Assembly (NCBI RefSeq): GCF_009914755.1
Contig: NC_060932.1
Length of the DNA: 64,000 bases
Strand: one strand, 5' to 3'
From: the human T2T-CHM13v2.0 reference genome, Homo sapiens
Position 1 is the first letter of the stretch; each line of letters opens with the position of its first letter. The position numbers were made by a program, and so were the translations under genes. Below are positions 52,381 through 64,000 of this stretch, piece after piece. The notes under the pieces are model-generated. The model was not told where the DNA came from, made no database searches, and worked only from the letters and a program-made list of their open reading frames with translations.

Positions 52381-55300
52381 GCGTCCAAGACAGCATCTGT
52401 TAAAAAACACAGCAGTATGTTATGTGTCACTGAGAAAGAAAATAACACTGCCGTTTAAGCCACAATACATGGTGACTTGGACTTGATGAAAAGCAGCATT
52501 TCCCACACTTTTCAAAGGAGGAGAGGGAGGTGGCAAGGTCATCCAGAGAGCAGTGGCAGAGCTGGGTTTTCACTTGAGCCTGCAGAGTCTAAAGGATGCA
52601 TAGTGCGCTCTGCAGCTGGTCCCCGACTGCACACGGCAGGTGGATGCAGCAGCTTCCCACTCATGCTCCTGGGATGCCGGACACAACCAGGAACCTGGGG
52701 CTAGAAACTGAGTTCCCAGTGTGGGGAGAGGAAAGCCTCCCCTCCTTACCTCCGGGATCTCCCCTCCCAGCCCATCTCCCCACGTGTCCTGCCAAAGCAA
52801 CGCCCTTCCTTCCAGCGTTTCTGGAAGCTGATAGCAGCTACATACCTAGAGGAGGAACAGGAAAAGACTGGGAATCGTCTCACTGTCCGAGACAGTGGAA
52901 TCCATGTTTACAGTCTCCCAGATGGGATAAAGTGGAAGATGGTCTTCCCAGTTCTCTGAAAGCCAGACTTCCTGGCTGGCTGGGCAGTCCCCGGGCTGTG
53001 CTGTCCCTGGACTCCACGTATGGGGAGCATGATCCGCACTGTAGCTCGGAACAGCAGAAAGGAGAACCCCAGCAGGAACACGCGTTGCAGGAACCCCACC
53101 GCCGAGGCTGGTCGCCGACTCTCGTGTGGGCACCCGTGCAGCTGTCCTTGTTTCCTGGAGAAAGCGTGGCACTGCGGCAGGTGTCCTGGTTGCTAGAAAG
53201 CCTCTCCCAGGCTGGTCCTCTGGCATCTGCCATGTGACTTCCTCCAGCTGATGGAACGTAAACAGAAACCAGCACATCAGCTCCAAGTGGAAGCTTCTGA
53301 GCCTGCAAGAGACCTGTGTGTCCACATCATCTGATCCCCCCACCTGGGTCCTGGGGGACACCACAGAGCAGAGCCCCCAGGTCAAATTTTATGTACATGT
53401 GACAAGAGCAAAAAATAATGTTTTCTTTCAAATCACTGAGATTTTCAAGCTGCTTGTCCCCATGGCATAACCTGTCCTGACTGGACTCACACTCTGCTCT
53501 CCTGTGCCAAGCGTCAATATGGATTTTTGATGAAATTTTCTACATTGGCAGGGCAAGCCCCTGCGTGTTTCCTCAAGTGGAGGCAGTGACAGCAAAAGCA
53601 AACATTTTGGATCACACACAAATGTTTACAAATAAGATATGTTTAATGAGCATGATGCTTCATGCAATAATAGCAGTGGCAAAAATGGCCAACAGCTACA
53701 TTATTATTACATTCCCAGTGCTGTTCCCAGTGCTATTCCCAGTGTTTCTCTGTCACTGTATTTGCTGGTTTGCTGAGAGCACTATGAGATTCAGTGTTCC
53801 CCAGTGACTTCTCACGTCGCCTAATTAATTCAGCAAAGCACTTATTGGCGACTTCATATGGCCTAATTGTGGCAATAACTTAGTGTGATTAAACTTAATC
53901 AAACACCATGTCAGTAAATGACATGATGTCACTCCACCGATGACATTCATGAAGGAAATATTAGGGCCCAAATATTCCTATAGGTGACTTTCCAGGACGC
54001 TGCTGCTGGTGTGTTCACAAGGCTGCATGATCAGGAAATTAACCGCACCACATGCTCCACAATTTGGAGCAAATCATCCACCTGGGACCTCACCAGACTC
54101 TCCCCGTCAGCAGCGGCTTCTGCCTGGAGGCTGCAGATGGGAGCACAGAGGGCAGTCAGTCATTCCATTGCCACGTCCTAAAATCCAGTCCTGACTTCTT
54201 AATCCCAAGCCCCGTTCTCAGATTCAAGGCCCCGTCTTCTCTGGCGTTGCCATTGCCATATTCTAGAATGTTATTTACACTAACAACTTAGGGCCGAAGA
54301 CGCGGATGATAATAGGACCCAAGGAAAAATCAATGCCGAGCAGGGGTGCGGGGTGCAAGGAAGGCCCATGAGGAGCCTGGGCTGAGTGGGTTTTCCGATA
54401 GGAGCACACACTTCAATTCTGAGGTTTCTGTTAGCAAAAAAATCATTAAGTAAGAGAACACTGAGAGCTATACTTTCACAGCTAAAAAAAAGTTCATTTC
54501 TTTAGAGAGAGCTTCCCCACAGCCCTAACTGCTGCAGACCGCACTCCCCACCACTTCCACCTCTGTAAATCCTGCACACTCAGGTGGACCCTGTCTCCGA
54601 ACCTTCCCCATGGAGAAGGACGTGTCCTCCTCACTCCAGTGAGAGACCACCACGCCCGTGGCCAGGCACTGGGGCTGGCATGAGGCTGCCCTGAACACCG
54701 GGAACAGCGTCTTGACCAGTTCAAATTAGGTCACGATTTTGCACTTCCCAAAGCAGGCCTTCGCTCTGTTTCTCCAGTCCCAAGGGCTTCCTGAAACGTG
54801 GGGGCCCTTCTGTCACCCAGGCCCCACTTCCCTGAAACTCCTCCAGATGTGACTCTCGCCTGGAAAAAGGACATCTTCTCCTGTTACCTTTTAGCTTGTT
54901 ACAACCGGAGAAACTCACTCAAAAGGCTCTGGACTTGTACCTGCCCCCTGAGAGGCCAGCGGGGAAGGCTTGTCCCTTGGCCCTGAACCTCTGCAGGGCC
55001 TCATCTCCTCCGCAGCCCTTCCGCTGCTCTGATAAGAGAACCACCACTTAGACCCGGCACTCCAGCTCCCAGGAGACTGAAACACATGAATTCCCAATGT
55101 CGGCTTCTGAGGCCTCAGCATTTCTTCCTCAATGAGCACCGTATGCACATGGAGAGCCGTCTTCACCTCAAATTTCAGATTTGCCCGTTTTACTTCCTGC
55201 TCACTCTGCCCCAGCTCTGCTCTCCTGCCTCAGTTTCCCAGAGAATGTGGAATCCCCCGAGAACACAGTCACCTCCCCAGCCTCTGGACACCATCACAGT

Positions 55301-55544
55301 CCCTTCTTCCTGACTCCCCACAGGGCCGCCTCTTCTGCCACTACTTTCTCAGCACGAAGCGGGAGAAGGAGGAGGCAGGCAGCTTCAGACAGTGAGAAAG
55401 AGAGACAGACGCGAGCCGCAAGCACCTCTCGATGCCCAAGAGGGGAAGCTGTTCTTTCCTCTTTTAAGTGGGAGCCGCTCACCACTATCTCTCCTGCAGG
55501 TCTTCTGGGGGGCCCTGGCCGTGCTCCCTGAGGAAACTGCAGTG

Positions 55545-55815
55545 AGGAGGGAGAGAGACCCAGAGAGGTAGAGACAGAGAAAGAGACAGAGAGAGAGGGA
55601 GGCAGAGACAGGGACGGAGAGAGAGACACAGACAGGCAGGGACAGAGAGAGGGAGAGACAGGGACAAAGAAAGACAGAGATGAGGACATAGAGACAGAGA
55701 CAGGGACAGAGGGAGACACAGAGACAGGGACAGAGACAAGAACAGAGAGGGAGGGGGAGGCAGAGACAGGGACAGAGAGAGACCAAAAGAGAGGCAGAGA
55801 GAGATAGAGGGACAG
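55545..55815. repeat. GA-rich simple repeat, (GAGACA/GGGACA)n-like
   Basis: Recurring gagacagag / gggacagag. Source of the Ser/Leu-rich minus-strand pseudo-ORFs. Confidence 0.93.
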
Positions 55816-55919
55816 CGAGCTTTGAGCTCACACCACCCACTGGTGCATATGGAAGGTCAGAGGGACACGGCGAGCCCGAGGGGCGGCTGCGTTTACCAAC
55901 TAGAAGACAAATCTACTAG

Positions 55920-56420
55920 TGAATATGGAAGAAAGCATGAATGTTCAGGCTTGCGCATACATTATGACTCAGAAATTCCCATTCCTAGATACTTACCCTA
56001 GAAAATCTCTTGCGAATGTTCACTGAGAGACAAGTGCAAACGTGTCCCTATCAGCACTGGTTGAACTAAACAAGCAACATGGTGGAATCTTAGAAAGGTA
56101 GAAAGAAGAACAAAGCAAGCCCCAGAGAACACAATAATAACATTGTAATAGATCTCAGAAATGCTAAAATATGTATTGTACAGATATGGAAACTATTTTT
56201 TAAATGAAGGAACACTTTTTTTAATGCTGGAGAGTGGCCACATCTCCCAAGGAAGCAGGAACGCAGGGCCGGGAAGGAGCCGCAGCAGCTTCAGAGTCCG
56301 GGGGGGTTTCCATAGATTAAGAGGAACGGGCTCTCCACAGGGCTTTATTTCATCAGTAAATTTCAAAGCTTCCATATACTATTAGATATGTTCCATATTT
56401 ACCACATTTTCTTAATAAAA
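55920..56420 (+). mobile_element. Old L1ME 3' fragments
   Basis: tatgactcagaaattcccattcctagatacttaccctagaaaatctcttgc; caacatggtggaatctt. Confidence 0.6.
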
Positions 56421-57362
56421 AGTAAAGATTATTTTCATATCTTAATATCACCAATACCTTAAATTGAGGTAACATTCTCCTGAGCCCAGTGCGCTGTCCA
56501 GTCACTGAGTGATGATAGGAAGCAGTTTTCCCCAGCAGCTACGGAGGCCCCAGTGAGGGCAGGCAGGAGGGCATGTCCAGGGTCCCTGACAACCAAGTCG
56601 GTGCTCTTCTGATCAGAAGCCTGTGGGATCTTTGCGGTCTTCCAGCAGCTGCTACTGCACAGAAGTTATCCAAGGGCCACCCCAGGACTCACCAGCCTCC
56701 TTTGGGAGGTGTAGATCTCCAGAAAATTTAGACTTGGAGTCTGATCTTCATCAGCAACCAGACCACCGATGCTGGGACCCACATGGGACTGGGACTTTAC
56801 ACCCAGAGAGTCACCAAGTTCCAAGGACATCACCTGGTTTACTTTGCAAAATTGAACTTGGATCCATCCAAAGGTGGTTTATAGAGCACAGATCCCCTGG
56901 ATTCATCCAGTTGGCCATGGTCTCTTGAACCCCAATATCTCAGTGGCTGAGCAAAGCAAGGCCGTATCTGTTGCCCACATGGCACACTGATGACTACAGT
57001 CACCACACGTCTTCTCGTGCCAGGGCCTGGGCTCCAGGAGCAGTTCCCATCCGGAAGGTGCCATTCTTGCATAGAGCGAGCAAGAGTCAGTCACAAAACG
57101 GATTTTAACTGGTTTGCTGAGCTTTGGCACATATGTGTCTGTGCACGTCATATGGTGAGAGCAAGTCCGTGGCCAGCTGACCATCACAGGGGCAGAACGT
57201 GATGGTCCCCGCAAGGGACACGTTTGGGAGGTGGGCCCTTCCCCGATGGAAACCAAGTAGTTGGATTTAATAACACAACTATCGCATCCTCACACCCCAA
57301 CTCTCTTCTCTTAGTGTTTGGACTAACTTTAAATTTTTCAAAAAATTTTTAATTAAAAAAAA

Positions 57363-57473
57363 TTTCTTTGAGATAGGGTCTCACTATGTTGTCCAGGCTG
57401 GTTTGGAACTCTTGAGTTGACACAGTCCTCCCACCTCCACTGGGACTATGGGTGCATGCCACCGTGCCCAGCT
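57363..57473 (-). mobile_element. FLAM (free left Alu monomer)
   Basis: gagatagggtctcactatgttgtccaggctgg...ccaccgtgcccagc; single monomer. Confidence 0.8.
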
Positions 57474-58585
57474 GATTTAACTTTGATCATGCATGAGACC
57501 CACTGGTGCTGGGAACCTTCCATAGAATGGACACCTGTAGGATTCCATGGAATACAAACCTGGCAGCAGGGTTCTAACCACCTGGACTCAAATCCAGCAC
57601 CAGCACTTGCCAGTTGAGACTGATCTTTCACAACTAAGACCAACTATACTCAGGAACTTGGCGAAAGAGGCAGTTGTGATTGTACTAAGGGACCAGTGGG
57701 TTTCCTTACACGTGAACGTTCAGCTTTTCCACTTCCAGCTTTTCCTGTCTTTGTCTGCCGAGCTCCTGGGGCTCTTGCTGGCACTGTCCTCCCTTTAGAC
57801 TGTACTGTCTTCATTTGTTGCTCCCAAGATGTTCAGACACGCAGCTGGCTTCCCTCTGAAAGATCTTATTAAATAAACACCTTTCTCCCCTACAGTGCAG
57901 CCCTGGGAGGTTTTGTCAGGACGTTGAGCTAATTGGCAGGTTGTGTTTCCGTGGGGGGAGATGCAACATTTAAGAGGATTACACGAGGTTTGTTTAAGTC
58001 TCTTGTATATACGGCTCAAATAAGCCGTTGTATTTGCTTTAGACTTCACAAGAGCCTTCTCGCGTGTTTAAGCAGATGATAGTCCAATAGGTAGCTTCAG
58101 CTGCCAGCTGCTTCCTGCATTTAAATCCCAGCCTCACGGAGTTTATTTACAGAGGACGTTTTCTAAGCCAATGAAGCACATCCCTGAATGTACAAGAGAA
58201 AAGTGATGCTTGCTCTTCGTCTGCAGCTATGTGCAGCCAATGTCCTCTCCATGAGCTGTGCCACAGGACAAGTTTCCCGGCAAACACCACGCCCCGCGAT
58301 ATGGCAGGATTCATGCCGACTAATGGAAAACACACCAGATGCTGGAAAGAGATAAAGGAGAGCGTTACTGCAATACTGTGTAGAAGAAAGGCCATAGATG
58401 AGAAAACACAAAGCCAGTGTTGACCCCTCGAAGACACTGGAGCCCGGGACACAGAGCTCGAAAAGCCTCCTTGGGGTCACGCTGGAAGATCCTCAACTCC
58501 GGGACATGGCGTCGAGAAGAGAAAAGAGGTGAGAGAAATTTCCTTGGAGACCAGCGCAGCAACGAGGGCACAAGGGAATGGTTCC

Positions 58586-58790
58586 ACACAGATACATGAC
58601 ACCTGCACATCGACGACACACATGTGACACGTGCACAACACATGCATGTGTATTACATATATGACACACATATGTGACATGCACACACAACACCTGGATA
58701 CCTGTGGCACATGCATTATGTGACACACACAGGTATGGGACACACATAAAATGTAGCATACATTACACTATGATACATGACAAATATAAA
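58586..58790. repeat. Degenerate CA/CATG-rich low-complexity tract
   Basis: cacacatgtgacacgtgcacaacacatgcatgtg and similar units. Confidence 0.8.
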
Positions 58791-59390
58791 CAAAGTTTCT
58801 GAAATAAACGTTTGATCTTTCCACACAGAGTGGACGCAGTCCCAACAAGGCTGCATAGAGTCTGGCTCTCTCCCTGGCTGCTAAGCAGCGCTGGGGCCAT
58901 CAGTGAGGCGGCCGGTCCAGGTCCAGGCCTGTCCTTAATGAAAGATGAGGCGGAGCAGCCCCGGGATGACCCCAGCACCGAGATGCCGGGTGTGACCCAT
59001 AGGACTGCGTGTAGGGCAGAGTGAAGCTGCTCAGAAGCAGATTCTGCCTGGTTGGGAAGCAGCCTGAGCTGCCCCCAGGGGCAGGGGACCGCTCTCTGGC
59101 CCCCAGGCTGCCTCCATGGTCCTCAAAGAGGACTTTCTCCCACCGCGTCCATGCCACAGCCCTCACTTCAGACCTGCCCTTGAACCTCTGCCCAGGGTCC
59201 AGGTGCCTCAGACCCTTCGTTCTTGGGCACAAGTGCAGGCCTTACTCCTTTTCCTGCACCCAGGCTTGGTCCCCGCCCAGCCTCTGGCCTGAGGACACTA
59301 TACACACAGAGCGCAGTCTATGTGGAGGCCAGAAAGTGGAGGTCAAACACATATGTCTACTAATTATTTGAATTTATTTCTTATTCTTCC

Positions 59391-59687
59391 TATTTATTTA
59401 TTTAGAGAGGGGATCTCACTCTGTCGCCCAGGCCGGAGTGCGTTCATTGGTGATCATGGCTCACTGCACCCTTGACCTCCCAGGCTCAAGCAATTCTCCC
59501 ACCTCAGCCTCCTAAGTAACTGGGACCACAAGCATGCACCACCACACCTGGCTATTTTTTTAAATTTTGTAGAGATAGGGTCTCGTCGCATTGCCAAGGG
59601 TGGTCTCTAACCTCTGGGCTCAAGCAGTCCTCCCACCTAGACCTCCCAAAGTTCTGGGATTGCAGGAGTGAGCAACTGCACCTGACC
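59391..59687 (-). mobile_element. Alu (AluJ)
   Basis: (TATT)n tail; antisense dimer with gatcatggctcactgc and ctgggctcaagc. Confidence 0.93.
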
Positions 59688-59765
59688 ACAGTTTTCTTTG
59701 TTAGCAGTCAAAAAAGACGAAGAAAGAACGTGTTCAGCTGTAATTCCTAGGAAAAAATATGTTCG

Positions 59766-60141
<376 letters not shown>

Positions 60142-60615
60142 TCACCCGAAGTAAATTAAAAGAACAAAACAACAACTCAGGAGGCTGGGAGGAAAAGCCG
60201 TGTTTGGAAAACACAGGAAACCGTGAGGCTTTTCTGCTGCGTCTGCCCCACCCTACACAAGCTCTGGTGTGGGACACGTCCACGCAGAGGCCCTTCTACG
60301 CGGTGGAGTTAGGAGACCTCGGAAGACCCAGATATACAGAGCATGCCTGAACATAAACGCAGATGCTTGCATTTGAAGCAGAACACTGAAAATGAAACTT
60401 AGCAGAAAAGCAAACGTGTCAACGTCCTTTGAGAAAGAGTAAGCACAGGGGTGTGGAGGAGAGCCGGGCCAGCCTCGGACTCAGCCTCCCTGGAGCCCGA
60501 GACGTCCACTTCTGTGGGGTCCCGAGGGAAGCGGATGTGGTCCTCTCCTAGCCAGCCACATTTGCCTTTAAGTAAAAAGGCAACTGACAATCTTTCTCAA
60601 GTCATCAAAAACTCA

Positions 60616-60998
<383 letters not shown>

Positions 60999-61715
60999 TC
61001 ACTTCAACAGAGAAACTAAGACTCAACCAATGTGAGCATTATAAATAAAGAGAATGTAAACGTTATGAAGTTGAAACAGTAAGTTGGAGTTTTCTGAAGA
61101 GAAAGCTTTTTCAGAGCCCATACCTCTCCTGCCTTTATAGATTTTCTTTTCCTCGAGCTACCAAAAGATGCCTTTGTCCTTGAGGTCTGGTTACAAGTCA
61201 AGGTATTTTATGATATCGATCTTTATCACTTTTTTTCTTGGAACAGAAGATTAACAGGTACAAATATTTCATTTTTTTAAAGACGCTTTGTGTTCTCAGC
61301 TCTTTCATTTTTTTTTATTTCTTCAGTCTTCTTTAAGAGCACCAACTGCACCCATGCTGTCTTCCGTCATCTCTACAGCTACCATCTTCTCTGAGGTCAC
61401 TGCAGTCGCATTGCTGTTTTTCGTGTCATCCTGTGTGACTTCCTCAGATCTGTTCCACGCGTCAAGGACTGTTTCCCGTCAATTTATTCTACTTGTTTGA
61501 GCTTCTCTGTCAGCTAACATGTTTACATCTGGAAGGTTTTCCTCTTGCATTTATTTCCTGAGCCATCATAGCTCATTCTTCCCTCACTCCGCAAACTGCC
61601 CCTGGGCCCTTACACCCTTCAGTTCTTTTCCCTAGGAGGGCTTAACTGGACTCTTACTTTGGAGCGATTTTGTTGTTTCTTTGGATTTCTTCCTTCTTTG
61701 CCCTTTTCAGTTTTG

Positions 61716-62020
<305 letters not shown>

Positions 62021-63570
62021 TTGAAACATTTTAAAGACAAAAAAAATGTACAAATAATTTTATAAAACAGTCATATTCCCACAACCAGAATTAACAAAAT
62101 ATTTTGCCACGTTGGTTTCTAGTCCTTTGGAAAGGACTCTGGCGAGGTAGAAGGATCCTTAAAACAACACAGTTGAAGCCTCTCCCACCCGGGGCGGCCA
62201 GTTTGAGGTATTTGGTTTGTATTTTTATATGACTGTTTTTTAAGTTTCACATACCCGTATATTTGCATTTATCCATGACATAAACCTGTCTTTTGAGCAT
62301 GTTACTGATGTGACGGGCACTGACCTGCATTGACGACTCTGCTCCTTCCTCTTCTCACAGTGCCGGTTATCCCAAAATCCATCTGGTCTGTTTCATTCTA
62401 CTAGTTTTTGGCTGTTCACACCTAGGCTTCTATTTATCTAAAGTATCCTTTTGAGGGTGGAATGAGGCAGGAACCCTGTTCCCCAGATGAAAGCCCAGTC
62501 CCTGGGCTGTGTGCTGAGTGCCTTGTTCCCAAACTTAGGAAGCTGTCTCCATCGGGTCACAGACTCCCACGAGACTCTGTCTCTGAGCTCTGCCCTTTTC
62601 TGCCAATCTATTAACGCCACACTGTTTTCATTACCATATCTTTGTATATATTTGCTTTCTCTTCCAATTTGGCTTTTTTTTTCCAAAAAAAATGTTTTAA
62701 CTGTTTTTTCTCCTCAAACCTTTTAAACGTTATGTTATTTTTAAAAATGTTAAAAAAACAAAAGTAGATGGGAAAGGAGAGTGAGTTTCTATGTGTCTGT
62801 CCTCAGCATCAAAAAATCACCAAATCAGGCCCAATTTCATTGCCTCTGCTCCCCCACCAGCCTCTCCTCCTCCCCCAGACTCTTTTAAAACCAATTACAG
62901 GCACTACACCATGTCATCTGTGAGCATTTCTGAAGGTATTTATTCACATATATTCTTCCATATGTGCTCTGGAATCAGTTTGTTAAAGTCCCCATATATT
63001 TTGACAAATCTTGATGGAATGTTCACTGAATGCTAAGATGTTGGAGAATTTACTGTTATCCAAATACTCCTGTCCAAAACACTGGTGCTTCTCCTCCTCA
63101 AATTCTTCCTTCGGGCCTTTCAATAACATGTTTGTAGTTCTCTCCAGGAAGGTCTTGCACATATTTTTGGATTTTGCTCAACCCTGACTGTCATAGATTT
63201 TACTGTGGCCATGAATGGCCCACGTTTAGGGTTCTATTCCCCATCTGGTGACTGCCAGAGTAAATAAATGCTAAGAACTCCCAGTACGGCTCTTGTTCTC
63301 TGCAATCTTGCCGAACTCTTGTATTGATGTCTGTAATTTATTCAAAGATTCCCTTGAATTCTATATGTATAGAATCATAGCATCTGCAAGAAAGTCAATC
63401 TTTTGCTTTACTTTTTTATTCTTATAGTTATTCGGGTTTTTTGTTTGTTTGTTTGTTTGTAATTTTGAATTGTATTGCAATGGCTTGGGATTTCAATGTG
63501 TTGCTGAATAAGAGCAGTGATAATTGGCAGCATTGTCGTGTTCTTGATAGTTATGGGCAGTGTATGCTTT
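62021..63570 (-). mobile_element. Mosaic of old L1M (L1ME/L1MC) 3' and ORF2 fragments
   Basis: ggaatcagtttgttaaagtcc, tgtagttctctccaggaaggtcttgcacata, aatcatagcatctgcaa, ctgaataagagcagtgataattggca. Confidence 0.65.
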
Positions 63571-63610
63571 CCATCTGCCTAACGTCTTTTTCCTGCCTGA
63601 GTGTTTGATT

Positions 63611-63720
63611 TTTCCTGGTGTCTCTGCGTAGCCGTGTGCGGTTCCTGGCTGGTGTCGTTCCTCTGTTTCCTGGTGTCTCTGCGTAGCCCTGTGCTGTTCC
63701 TGGCTGGTGTCGTTCCTCTG
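63611..63720. repeat. 55-bp tandem duplication
   Basis: tttcctggtgtctctgcgtagcc...gtcgttcctctg at 63611 and 63666; 2 mismatches. Confidence 0.95.
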
Positions 63721-64000
63721 GGGAAGGAGGCAGATCTGCTGAACCAGCTACATCCCTAGGCCCGGCAGGAGGCAGGGCGAGGGAGTGAGCTGTGGAAAGA
63801 ACACATCGACCTGGGCTTGCTCCCCTGAACACCTTCAACACTCTTACCCTCCTCTATCACTTCATTCTCCTCTTCTCAGCTTTCCTGGGTCACCAATGGG
63901 TGGAGGCGGCCTCTCGCTCCTGTCCACCTCATCACAGACCGAAACCCTGATCACGAACAACGGAAACTGTTGATGGACTCAGGCGCATTCTCGCCTCCCG

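Noticed and set aside
52596-53385. 213/179/142-aa overlapping ORFs
   Set aside because: GC-rich DNA open on both strands, mostly non-ATG starts, no domain similarity recognised.
55294-55840. Ser/Leu-rich transmembrane-looking ORFs
   Set aside because: Antisense translation of a GA-rich simple repeat.

Overview
Primate, most likely human or another ape, genomic DNA. It is intergenic or intronic in character, and I cannot support any conserved protein-coding gene, RNA gene or CRISPR array. The window is dominated by interspersed repeats: Alus, a full-length ~6.16-kb L1PA4-type LINE with broken ORFs, L1PB/L1M/HAL1 relics, MaLR, ERV1 and ERVL solo LTRs, MIR/L2, and MER44/MER58/MER102/MER5 DNA elements. 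It also holds a dense set of minisatellites, as seen in distal chromosome arms. Most long ORFs in the track are repeat artefacts. The best-supported non-obvious structures are as follows. (1) The L1's target-site duplication encloses an extra ~510-bp polyadenylated passenger (Alu right arm plus unique DNA), i.e. a 3' transduction or template-switch chimera. (2) A 198-bp segment was copied 2.6 kb away and is bracketed by an 8-bp duplication. (3) Two old L1s show twin-priming 5' inversions. (4) One Alu is an AluY/AluJ chimera without a TSD. (5) Several minisatellites were born inside old transposons. (6) A 16-bp VNTR is built of AGGTCA half-sites. (7) Two overlapping ORFs are one base away from a single 286-aa ORF. 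I do not see a genuinely new biological system. Repeat subfamily names come from recalled consensus motifs, were not run through RepeatMasker, and old-element boundaries are approximate.
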